From Balanoglossus misakiensis (Eukaryota; Animalia; Hemichordata): a stretch of DNA of 64,000 nt. The notes under the pieces are model-generated. The model saw nothing but the letters and a program-made list of their open reading frames with translations, was not told the origin of the DNA and searched no databases. The DNA lies in NCBI GenBank assembly GCA_040954595.2, contig CM082581.2:9403878-9467877 (forward strand), in the 5' to 3' direction. A program made the translations under genes and the position numbers. Position 1 is the stretch's first letter; each line of letters begins with the position of its first letter. Below are positions 23,691-36,872 of this stretch, piece by piece.

Positions 23691-26600
23691 ATAATTTCAC
23701 ACAGCAACCCTTTTTGCAAATTAAATTTGACTAAGTGGCTTAGTCACCGAGACTTAATCAAGCAATCAACTTAAGCTCGTTTGGGGCAAACGGAAAAGTT
23801 GACAAAATCCCGAAAACTATGCACATCTTCATGCTCGTTCACTTCGCAAATTGTAATTATAAATCATGGTCCACCAAAAATCCCCCACAACTGGTGTCAA
23901 AAGGTGATAGAGGTGGCTTCTTGTGTAACGAGTTGTGTAATAATTGTAAGCTGGATTGATCGATCAATTAAAACGCAGCCGATTTTTTTCTCCGGAGACG
24001 AACTCGAACAGTCAGCTTCCAGGGTGAGCAATCTGTGTGAAAAATTGAAACGGGTTGGATGAAAATGGTTATTAATTTCAGATCTTTTGTTCGTGTGTCA
24101 GAAATATCCAATTAACCCAAAATAAACGGTGCAGTAACTTGCAGCACCTCTGTCAATTAATTAGTTGCTTAGTCCCCCACGGATGTAGTCCTGAAAGGGG
24201 GGGGGGGCAATAATTAGGTTATGTGTATGTCTGTGGCGCTCACTATTCGTGCCTACGCGTGTTTGATGAACATTATGATATTTTTATGCCCATAGTATTT
24301 ACTCAGATGTGCCTGAATCTGCTTCGATGAATATTGGGTCGGGCTTGTTAATGGCGTCTTTTGTCCATATGTTTAGAGATACGATCCAATGTGGCTGCCG
24401 TGTATTGCTAGCATTGTCGTAGCACTGGCAAGTTGTTTGTCTATGTATAGTTATCTGCTGCCGAGTCGACAGGGCTGCCAATGATGTGCTCACTGACTCC
24501 AATCTTTGTGATATTGGTCTGTCGGGACTCTGTCATCGACAATGAGTTGTCCCAACATTATTTTTAATCTGTCACGGTCATAATTTCTGCGTACGATTTT
24601 TTTGTCGTCTCCGGATTAATTCTGTAAGGGGTCGTGAATAAGAAGATGCATGGTTCAGATATGTAAATATTGCAGAGTCTTATGGACACACTCTGCCAAT
24701 CGGCACTTTATTTTGCTTCATCGTTATACACACGGCCCCTAAGTGGATGGACTTTGTTCTTTGTGTAATATCAAATGAGCATGATCAACAGAGAACGTTT
24801 TTCAATTTCTCCTTTGCGTAAAGTCATACGCACTCAGACCCGAGACACTGTAATCATCGTTTTATTACTGTCTCGAACAGCGGAAGCAGCTAACCCAGCG
24901 ATAATCTGGGAGAGCGGGAGTGTATTTCCACGTTTACAGCCTCGAAGGCTGGTTTGACGCGCGTTGCTGCTGCACCTATAGGTCGCGGATGATGGATTGA
25001 AGGATGACATTCCGAAGTTTACCTTTGACTGCAGCTTTTGGAGATAAGGCAGATGTGAAGTAAGACAAATGTTCAGTTCATTCATTTTGATATCAGAGGG
25101 CGATTAATCTTTCTCACTTTTGTTGGTCTTTTGCCCTAGCCAGAATGCAACGATGACTCTAACAGTCGGTCGTCAAATTGGAGCACAATCTTTTGACATC
25201 ATATTGAAACGATCAGAATGAGACACTTATGGAATATTGTAACTAACTAAATAAGTATCCATTTAAACCAACCCTGCTGAGTATTTATTTCCGCTTTAAA
25301 ACGCATGCTATTCTTGCATGGTGTTATAAAACGAATTAGTGGCCCCGGATTCCGAACTATATTGGCAATTTATTGGATATTGTAATAATAATCCAGACCC
25401 TTGTGGACCACACCATCCAACGTCATTTATTTACAGTCAGTATAATGTTGCTGTCCCATTTATTGCGAGTCAACTGCGTTCATATGCATCCTCGCCGAGA
25501 GTCTGTGTAGGTTTTCAATGTTCGTAAAGACAGGGATATGTATATACTCTCATCCGTGAAAGACATTAATAGTAATGATGTTGGTAGTACATGTATACGC
25601 AAGGGAAAGCTTGTCTGTTCTCGCGGCGAGGAATGTAGATGTCTCATACTCTGTGATGCAAGACTATGTCGTAGAGGACGTTCATAAACTTGCATGTATT
25701 TGTAAACCATATTCACTCCTCGTCCGTTTCCTGTGCTATGATTGGTCGAATCACTATCACGTGGGGTGCGCCATTTTGCGCTGATACAGGCAACCAGATT
25801 CTTTATGGTTAACTATTTTGGAACTGTTGCCTGATCAGTAAGTAAGCAAGCGTTTAATCTGAAACTGTATTAAATGGCGCCTCAAACATTCGTTTCGAAC
25901 CGTGCAGAATTCCTTCCTAATTTGGGATGAGACGTGGAGATACGTTAATCTTCGCCAAACGCTCACAGCTGTCGAGCTAACGAATTCTGCGAAACAGTGA
26001 CAATGAATTGCTGTTTGTACATGTAATTTGTCGCTGGAAGACGTTTAAATAGAAAATTAACGCAGCTGCATACCCTTCAGCATTTTATTGCATAAAGTGT
26101 CAAAGAAATACATCCCCTGCCTGTATATGAGTTCATGAAAGGATAGTCTCGAGTTTCCCGCATTCCGCTTAGTTGGAAGATCTTGTCCGCATCGACTGTT
26201 GTTTCTTCTTCAAGAGTTTGGTAACCAGGGTACTGTTTCGCGATTATTGCCGTACCAATTGTATTGGTTCCTTGTATACGTTTACAGTCGATATTTAGCT
26301 TTTTGCAGCTACAGCTGTTGAGCGGATCACGTCTCTTTGTGGCAGCCCCGCGTCCCAATAAATACGAGAGACCAAGACCCCCACCAGATAATAAGAGGCA
26401 GACATATTTCAATCCATACATCATTTCTATGGGGGTGCCAAGAAAGCGTAAGTCTATCATCCGAGTACTGTACTTCGCAAACAGAAGCCACACAATACTG
26501 TTATCAATATTGGTTTTTGTACCATACCCACCGCACAATGCTAATCATTTAATTAATTGGCCGATCAGCCAGCAGGCTGATTACACCGACGAAATGTAAA

Positions 26601-29600
26601 CACCAACCAATACAACGGTGCTATACATTTGTGCATTGAATTGACCAAAGACGAATACTCAAGTATAATGAAGCTTTATCTAATTTTCACAAAAGAAAAT
26701 CGAACAGTATCTCTACATCTGCTTCTCTATACCTTTTCATATTCTTGGCCCCATTTCTCGCATTCATGTACTAAACCTTCCATTCGGTCACCGGTTTCAC
26801 GTTTACTATGTACGTATGTAAGTTTGTGTATACATGTACTTATGCATGTGCGAGCACAGTACACACAGATACACGTATCGATACATATTGATGTCCAGTT
26901 GAAGTGGTAGAAATAGCGTGAAGATACAAAACGCAGCTGGTATCGTGAGCAGTTATCTATCTATGGGTAGTTTCATTTCAAGATATGCAGTTAAAATGTA
27001 TCATCCGATTTGATTCGTATCCGGATTCACGTTTCGATATAAAGCTTTCACACAAAGCGAGGTAAAGCACTGCCCTATAAAAATATTAATCACGTGAAGC
27101 CCGATAAAGTATGAGAAACTCCCGGGGTGACTTCTTCATTGAAGTGAAGGTATAGAAGAAGGCACATTTATCTTTATGTTGACGCTCTTTAGAATTTGGG
27201 TCTAATCTCCTCCCTGTGACATTTCGAGAACTGCTGCGTTCGCACACTTTCATCGAATTAACAGATCGACTAATTTTCTCGGCGGCTGTTTGCTGGGGCT
27301 GAATGGCGTTTCGTTCCACCTGGGTCCATTGCCTTTTAATGGCCAGATCGTTTTCAAGGAGACGTGTCTGCACGATACTTATCTCGATTGATATTTTATT
27401 GTTCGTCATCATGATGAAGCAACACTCGCCGAACAGTCGCTCGCGAAACATTTTTATTCCGCTTAATGAGATTTCGCCAACTGTTAATGCATGTGGCTCT
27501 CCTGGGCCGCGCACTGACTGTTCCAGGGATTTTCCCCCGACAAGATGTGGACGTGATCATTCGAGAGAATGGTTAACTCTTTACTTTGTAGCATGGTCAG
27601 AAAGAATTGATGCGGAGACGTGTGTTTGAATCATTTTAGTTTACTCCACTGCACGTTCGTAGTATCGAGCTAATCAGCGAGTTGCGCTCAATTGTTTGTG
27701 GTTTAGAAATGATAGCCAATTTTAAAAAAAATCAAAACATCAGGTGAATTCCTATACGGAATCCGCGGAAAACGTCTACCTTGCTATCTTTACACAGAAA
27801 ATACTGTACGTTTGATCACGTAGGTAATTACCGCTATCGACATACAAGAACAACTGTCTGCCAAGCGCTGTGATTTCCGCTGGCGAAATGCCCCGTGTAC
27901 ACAGAGAGTTGAGAGATTTGTTAACCCATATGAAACCGCACAGGGATCTCGCAACCAGGTCTACTAAATAACTCGCGGGCAGGCCAACGCTCGAAATATT
28001 AGCATTATCCATATAGCCCCTATGTAAGCTTAATGATATGACAAATCGATTAAGAAATTAGGGTACTGTACCTGAGGGAGAGATCATCAGGTTATGCCTC
28101 CTTCTGTTTTTGTTTCGACATCTTCTGGCAACTTTGCGATCATTAAAAATACATCACAAGATATCTGTAAAACGGGTCTTTTAAACTGACAGTTGATAAA
28201 AAAGGAAGCCTCACTTTATAAAGTTAGTGAAGGATACTTTTTAGATGCTAGCAGACTTTTTTTCTGGGTTACAGGTTTGCCAGCTTTATCTATCGAAAAG
28301 TGAAACTAGGGTCACGAAGACGTTCGGGTGACAACCATGACTACGCCGCGCGACTTTTCGATGGCCAAGGGTGACCTTGTTCGTCCTTCCCCGTGGGTGC
28401 TGTACGATGCACAAACACAATTCCTCGGAGATCAAGTAATTACACGATTCCATTAGTTATAATGTTATTTTTTTCTACGGATCGCCAAACCTATTCATCC
28501 ATTACCCATGTATCGACAGTGTGCACTGTCATTATCTTCCGTTTAAAGCGAATCGACGGCGACATGCCCACTTGTGGTCGCTGACAGACAGACAGCGATG
28601 ACAACCAAAATACAAATTCAATCGAAAGACCGAACTTCAGTCTGATAACCGACATTGAATCCATCAGTTTTTCGACAGTAAAACGCCAACCTTTCTGTTC
28701 TAGAAGTCAGCGAAAGTGATATGTATCTTACAGGTTTTAATCTATGTTGAGTAACCTATAGACTCCACTATATTTTAGCAATTTGCCTTAAGCTTTGTGC
28801 GAGGCAGACAGCGGCCTGCTTTCGAGATATGATTGACGCGCAACCTTGCAATTTAAAGGTAACCACGAGCGGTGAAGATAATTTCATAATGACGTCACAT
28901 ATGATTAGTTTTCCAAAGGAAAAAAAGGCGAATGTACCTTCTCTTTGATATTTCTCGATCGTGTTTGTAACCTATAGGTCGTAGAAATCTGTCTTCTTTA
29001 TCGCGTTTCGCAGCACACATATCGTATTTCCTAATAGAAAAAAAGGAGGGAATTTGTCGGACAAATTGAACCAATCTTCTTACTCGCTGCATTCGTTCGC
29101 CAATGCGTGCTTAGTTATAATGGAAATGTTAGTGTCACGAAGTTAGAATACGATGGAGAGAGATAAAGGCTCCGAGCTTGGACCGGTTAGATGCTGATTC
29201 ATGGAATTTTTTCAAGTCAACAGTAATCATCGCTAGCTTCAACGCCTCCAAGTGTAGCGTTTGCTGAAATGTGTAATAATTGAGTTTATCGGAGATAGGC
29301 ATTTTGTCGTGCTAAGGAAACAGTATTAGTGGCTTAATATGGCAGGCTGTATCGCAACACAACATAACACATTGAACACAGCACAGCATAACACGATCCG
29401 TCAATGTTGAAACATGGTCATCCCTTGACGGTTCTTTCTCAGAGTGTGCGCATACCACTCTTTGAATAATTAACTATAGTAGTTGGGAAGCATCTGTTAT
29501 GCAATTTGCTGAACTAAAAAACGGGGAAAGAAAGAATTCCTGAAGGACGTGATTAATTCTCACGAGAGAAGTGACGTAATGAAATATGCTCAGCTGTTTA

Positions 29601-32447
29601 TAAAGTAAGACCGTCTGGCGATCTTAGAGTTAATTACAAAGGACAATACAGTACTTATCGAACGAGAATCGCTTATTCTCCCATGAATATCCGATGCAAT
29701 ATTTTCAACATTCAAATAAAAGATATCAGTAAGCGTTCTCAATGTGACAATTTTAATTTTAAATTTCGGCAATATTGCAGCGCAGGAGAAGTTTCAAATT
29801 GAGTGCATTTACTGAGGATAGTAACAACTCTCATATTCCACTAACACTTTCGTTTTCAATTACATGCTGTCTGACAACTGATTAAAATGTTCGAACATAC
29901 GGACTGATGACTATATTGATGACATCACACTTCTCCAGAAAATAAACATCTCAAAGATTGACAAGACGCAATAATATTATCATACGTTGCATTTGCACAT
30001 TTAATAAGGTTTCGTGGAATAGAGTATCAGCCAGTTCTTATTCGAATTTGCTTGATGTTTTCCACGTCGATAGACAGTATAGAGGGGATGTCATCACGAA
30101 CATATGATGTTGATATGAAGGTGTGATTTAGATGCAGTGAAAGTAAAAAACAAACCTATTCTTGTGAACGGAAATTGAATTAAAATGACACTAGCGTGAC
30201 TTCAACATGCGCACGCGCCCTTATATGGGCACTGTGACATTTCAGTAAATAAACAGTTAGTTCAGTGAGGTTGGCATCAAGATAAAAGTATCCCCAAGCC
30301 AAGACGGTTCTCCTTAATACATAACTTTGCATGACGAATGTTCGTTCTGTCTTTCTTATCTTTCCAAATGGAGAAACCATGACAACACTAAAAGCATCTC
30401 GTCCAGAATCATATCCTGCAGATCGCAAGAGCATTATAAATGTGACTTATTTCTGTAACGTGGCCATGCGAGGAACTGCTACCAAAAGAAAACATATGTC
30501 ATAATGCAGTTGCGTATTTATACAATCAAAGGAACTACCAGTGACGCGTTCATGAGTTGAACGAACGTCTAGACAGCAAAATCTGAAGCGTCGGTATATT
30601 ACAGTGCTTATGTATTAACGGGAATAATATGAAAATATTAGTTAGCTGGCTAAAACTATCGTCAGGCGTAACGTGTTTTACTTCGACTGTTTATGTCTCA
30701 GTCAACCAAGCATGCATTTATATAATATTATCATTACTCATCATTTACCGTTCTCACAATCCCACCGACGATTATTTTTGAAATCAATTACCGTTCAATG
30801 TATCCACTGATACTCCATTTATTTGAATTATAAGTGTTTACTGCCATTTTATGTCTCTGCCCACACGACATCTAAGAAAAAAGTTAACACTAGTCATACA
30901 GTAAAATTGATGAAAGTAATTTGATGACTATACCACAGGCTGTCATAACATATAACATAGTCTAATATCAAAGTTCCTCATGAGGAAATTAATTGATCAA
31001 GGTATAAAAGAATGATGGCCACAGGTCTGTACCCTTAGCTCGTCAGACCCTGTAACAGATGCTATTTCTCAGGGCCTGGTTATTCATGCATGTTTTGAAA
31101 ACTGCCCGTGTTTTTGTCTTACCCATGAATTCGCTGTCACGAAGAAGTTCTTCACGCTAACGCAATCAGATACAGTTACTGCATGTTATTAATGTCACGT
31201 CATTCATTACGTTCTCATACGGCAGTCTTAATTTGATACTCAGATCTGATATAAAAAGCTTAAGGTAGTTGTTAATTTCATGAATAAATCACACACAGTC
31301 ACACTGTGCATTTGTTTGCAAGCCGCTGCAAGAGACAGCTAATTTTCTTGCAATCCATCGATAATTCCCCGACGGCCAAACTGATGGGGTCAGTGTAACT
31401 TTTAATAGTGTTTCTTGAAGATGTCACCGGAAATTATTTCCTCAAAGGTCATAGGTCGTTGCATTAGAATGTATTTGATGATTACATTTGCGCTGCAAAT
31501 TTGTGTTTTAATTGTCAGGCGCAAGCATCACCACGAAAAGATAGCCAAACGGGTATTTTGCATCGCCCCACTGGTAAAACGAGGGTTATGGCCACCATGA
31601 ATATTTAATTTTTGGACATGGATGAAACTGAAACATTAATCAACTTGGTAATTTTAAAGAATATATCCTGCCTTTGCCTCTCATGCTGTCAATATAAGTT
31701 TAACAGAATGGTTACGTCATTATTGTCTGTTCACTGGTCCCAAACCGTAGTTTTCAACGGGGATTTAACTATAAAAATTTGTTTCGGTTCAGAAATCTTA
31801 AGGTTTTTGGTCAACTTCCTGTGGACTCTTTAAAATATTTTTTGCAGAAACAAATTAACAGTAATATAAAGAGTACAATTGGGCACACGTGGTCTGTTTG
31901 TAATAAAAATACACTAAAACGTCTTTTTTCTTCAGTTTTATTTTTATCACTCGAGTGAACGCATTAAATAGTGGATAATGTTTTTTTACTGCCTGTGATA
32001 TTAACAGCGGTAGAGATGACAAATAACACCATAGAAATAATCATTCATAAGACATATTTTCATTTTAATCGCTCATTTCAATTTTACCGCAGCTTAATCT
32101 ACTGCACGCTATCTAGCGAGCACTGATTAGGTATTTTTTTTCCATCGGTGCTTTGACTATTTCACTTTAAGAACTACTAAACGCGCATCGCAATAAGTGT
32201 GTTGCACTTTATATGATAAAAATTACGCCGTCGCATAGGAACCGCCAAAGTGATGAGTATATTTCAGTGCCGTAAAAATCTAAGCCTCTTTTACGGTAAC
32301 CGAGATAAGATCGGAATATCTCGGGAAAACACCTGTTAGCGATATAAACAATTTAATAGGAAATCGGCCGCGTTAAATTGTAGATGATATTACATAATTG
32401 AGATCAACTTCTGTTAAATGCTCAAGTTCTTTAGTGGTCCTTTCTCG

Positions 32448-32664
32448 TGACGTCATGGACGAAATAATGAAAGATTAGACCACAGTTACGTCTATTGCCT
32501 TCTATTCACTTTCAACGACCGACCTTATTTTGCCCAGACGCCCTCTATGGCCACATTGCATATAGGTTACATGTGACGTTGACGTCACGGCAGGTTATTT
32601 CTTGTGTAGATCCGATCACCTGTGTGGTTCGTCTTAATTAAACGCATAAGCCCATTTTGCGTCA
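32448..32664 (+). promoter_or_regulatory. CRE cluster; candidate promoter of the GPCR's upstream non-coding exon
   Basis: Full CRE TGACGTCA at 32448-32455 and 32580-32587, half/variant sites at 32574 and 32658, followed by a CpG-rich stretch ending at a consensus donor CCG|gtaagt (33254/33255). Confidence 0.35.
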
Positions 32665-35600
32665 CCGGATACTGTCTCTAACCCACTTTGTAAGAATTTG
32701 TAAGAAAGAGGCGAGCCTTTGGGCGCTCTGTGAGATTACTAAACGATTCCCTTTGACCGGATAATTTGAAAAAAAAGTACACATATGCATTCATACTCAC
32801 AGTGAACCCGTTGCGTGAGTCTATTGACTGTGATCTGTTCCGTGCATGTGCCTTCGAACGTCTTCGTGCAGCCAAAGATATCACCGTTGTGGGCTGCAGA
32901 GTATTTGTAACTGTGCTAGGGGGTTCCGTCGCTCACGCCGAAAACGTGATGCACACAATGGCAGGCTGCCTGGGTGGTCTGGATGCATCAAGGTGGGTTT
33001 GTTGGAATCGCTTGGACGTCCACCGTACTCTAACGGCAGATATGAATGATGCATGCGTTGTTCTCTGTTGCTCTCCCGCGATTTCCATTACTGTGTGACT
33101 GGGGGATCTACGCCATTGTCGAGTTCTGGCTGCGGAAACCCGGACGCTGCGCTACCGACGAATGCTACACGTATATCAAACCACGCTTTATACGTTGATT
33201 TTCGATGAGCAACCCGCGAAACCGTACAGCACATCGTTAACATTTCTAACTCCGGTAAGTTGACTTTACGCTCGCTCACGTCGCGTTCAGTATCCATCTA
33301 TAACCGAAAAACCGCTCGGTGGTGATTCGATCAACTTTGCTCTCAAATCTGTTTTTAACACAGCTGTTTTGAAATAACACTGCCATACGTCTGTGCAGTT
33401 CGTAAATCTAACATTTTACGTTTAGTCATGCATGTCATTAAATTTAGGAACAATCGTATATCTTAGTTTGTGTGACTGTAAAATAATCTTTCTTTGACGT
33501 CAGACTACTGAAAAAAGTGGATGAGATGTCCTATTCTGACATAATTATATTTAATGAATAAAAGACTTTGCGCGAATGGGAATATTTAAATGAGTGGTCC
33601 TAAAACGAACACTGCAAATGATGATCTGCGGCTTGCCAATATCAGAATAATCACAAATTGGATAACACTTTAATATTGCAACCACCGATCAATTGAAGAT
33701 TAAAAGATTGTCCCGATAAAATAAACAAATTACCACACACCAATGCAATTATACAGATCACAGTTATTGCGACAAAGTCGGCAGCGGGATAATTATGAGC
33801 CAACTAAACCTTCGGAAAGAAAAAAAAATATTTGTTCATGGGTACTTGTATTAAACAAGATCTGACTTGCAATTAAACTTTTATGTAAACGCGGTATGGG
33901 TTTGGAAAGCGCAGAATCGTTAAAATTGCAGAGCGATTCCCCGTAATTGGTTACATGCTATTCGGCAAAGCGAAATTCATCATGTTCGGTGACGTAGGCC
34001 GTATTTACATTCCCGCGACGTAATTGGGTTGAGTGGCGCTTATGATGAAGAAGTGGTTGAGAGTTGCGACTTACAATAGGGAACTCGTCTTCGAGTGAAA
34101 ATTAAACATTGGGGTATGTCGCATTCGCAATAAAAAAACTCAGTCAAGTAAGACTGCAGCGGAGGGTCAAGGGTCGTTCAGGGCCTCTCCCGATTGGCCA
34201 GTATTCTTCTGGGATATTGAAATTAGAAGTTTTCATAAGCCAATTAGGGACTGGTTTGTACTTATTAACCCGTTGCGCCTTTCAACCGTGATTAGCGTGG
34301 TTAACTACAAGTACCCTCCATAAATGTTGGCTCAGGGTAATCTCCTTTCCTTCGACGAAAGTACATTGCCGTCCTTTACGGCGGATTTTGCGTAGGCGAG
34401 GGAGGTTCGGTGCGCAGGTAAATTGTGCTTGAGGGAATGGCGGCTTCTTGCCCGAGTCACGTGACTTGGCGTGGCGTGGTTCGCTTACGATATCCGCTGC
34501 CGCAGGCAGTCACGTGACTCGGGGGCGAAGGCAGTTATATCCCGCAGCAGCCGGCCGAGGTACACTGTCCCTTCCGATAATAACACCCGTGAGGGTTATT
34601 TCCTTGTCAACCATGGGTAAAAGTTTCCTGCTCCGATTGCCATGTAGAAAAAAATATACAAACCTCAGTGCCCTATAAAAATCGATGTGATCATGTACAT
34701 GTGAATTGGATGACCCTACAGTGTCTCCGGGTATAGGTTTCTCAGACAAATTTAACGATTAAATCTGAAAAGCACGAACAACAGCAGGTCAGCAATCGAA
34801 TCGCAAGTGAGTATACTGTCGAAAGGTTTTCCGTGTGAGCTGATGCGATCTGACGTTTTCATACATCGTGCAGGAGAGCAAATAACCGAGAATACAATAC
34901 TTATATCCAAACACCCAAGGTAAAGACCACTTTGCATGATAGCCGTTGTTGGGTTAATAAGTGTGGGTGATTTATGAAGAAAATAGAAATGGACCATTGT
35001 GTGGTATTGATTACCCGCAGAACATAATCTCATTATTTCTAATTTGCTGTGTCGTGGCCATACACGAATCGAGATCCATGAACTAATTCAATCGAACCGA
35101 CCCGCATGCATCGCTCTGTTCGTATATATACATGTAGGTAGGTTACCTGGGGGAACCCAGCGAGTTTGCTCTGAGCTGTGCGACTGAAACTCGCATCTGG
35201 AGCGCAAAGGTCAAAAGGTCAAATGCAAATGCACTGCCGAAGGGAAGCTCCCATCGTTCTACACCTTATTCTGACTCAGTATACGATAGTTCAGGCACGG
35301 TGCATTTTATCAGCTAAGACGCGATGTGATTGAAGACCTTTGCAGCACGTAATCGAGTCAGCTTCACGCGTGTAAGACATCAAGAAAGAAAACGCCTTCC
35401 ATTGACTTTCACCAGTGACAAAATAAAACATTGAATCTCGCTAACTCGAGTTGTGATGAGTTCGTGACAGCGTTGCCTCAAATCGCATTATGCGCGGGAA
35501 TGGACCAAGTGCATCCACATCTCCGCTGAAACGAAGTAATAGAAATCAATTAGTGACAGGTTTGAAATTGTGTGCAAACACGCCTCTGGAAAAGCAGTCG

Positions 35601-36707
35601 TATTAATGGACACAAGTGATGAAATTATGGAATACCGATCGATGTAAATTGTTTGCGTGTAATTTCGCTTCAGGTGAAGTCCCCTCTGATACGGAAACAC
35701 TCAGTCACCCGTCCGCCAAAAGAAACGGCCTCATTACTGTCGCGTAGCAATGTCATCTCAAAAAGCAATTCGTCTGATCGCTGCCCCGCGACCAGATATA
35801 TTTAAAGACAAACCCGCGTGTTTTTGTGTGTGTTTTAAAGGGATAAATGATAACGGGTCGACACAAATTGGTTATCTCACTTTTATAGCTCCTGTTGTAC
35901 GGATTTCAGGAAGATTCCCGACTATAAATGTATTGGTAGTTGATGTTTCTGCAGCAGTTAAAGAAACAAAGCGCCAAATTAGATTGCAATGCGCTGCGAG
36001 GCAAATCCTTCTTGTCGTAATGGCGCGCCGCTCAATACTGATCGTATACACCCATTTTTCTGAGTAGATTTCGTGTGTAATCATTTGTTAGCTTTAAAGG
36101 ATTGTAGCCTGGGTGAACTTGACCTTACACAAACAATTCTGCACTCACGTGATGTGCGAGTTTACCTTTATCAAATGAGATGAACACACAGATACAAAAT
36201 AGTCACGCGTTATCCTTTCCGTGCAATAACGTTATTAAGTATTCTAATGGGTTTGTGTATTGATTTATCAAATAACCACTTCATAAAGTATTATCTTACT
36301 TTCTGATTACGTTCAGGATATACAATCGCAGGAGTAGGTTTTCCAATTTCGATATTATCAATTTATCTGTAATTACCAAAGAGATGCATCAGTCTTTGAT
36401 AGCATCGCAGTCTAACGACGTTTTAAACATGAAATACGACATATCTGATTCCTAAAGCAACAAATTATACCAAGAGAAAGCAGACACGCTGTTTCGATTC
36501 ATATTGCGACTCATCATTGCCATTAAATCCATTTCATGCAGGCACATTCGTGTTGGCACATTAATGTAATAAATTATCAAATACCAATTAAGCCATTAAT
36601 GGAATTAGCGGGCATCGCGGCGGCTCCATATCATTTAATTAATTTGACAGAATAAACCGACAATTGTTCCAAGTCGACGCAGTGTCAAATATCAAAGCAT
36701 GTCCGAT

Positions 36708-36872
36708 ACTCACTCACTCACTCACTCACTCACTCACTCACTCACTCACTCACTCACTCACTCACTCACTCACTCACTCACTCACTCACTCACTCACTCA
36801 CTCACTCACTCACTCACTCACTCACTCACTCACTCACTCACTCACTCACTCACTCACTCACTCACTCACTCA
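36708..36872. repeat. (ACTC)n tetranucleotide microsatellite, about 41 units
   Basis: Perfect tandem ACTC run. Confidence 0.98.

Noticed and set aside
26077-26599. 153-aa (-) and 111-aa (+) ORFs
   Set aside because: No domain resemblance, non-ATG starts, no coding-like composition or supporting splice structure.
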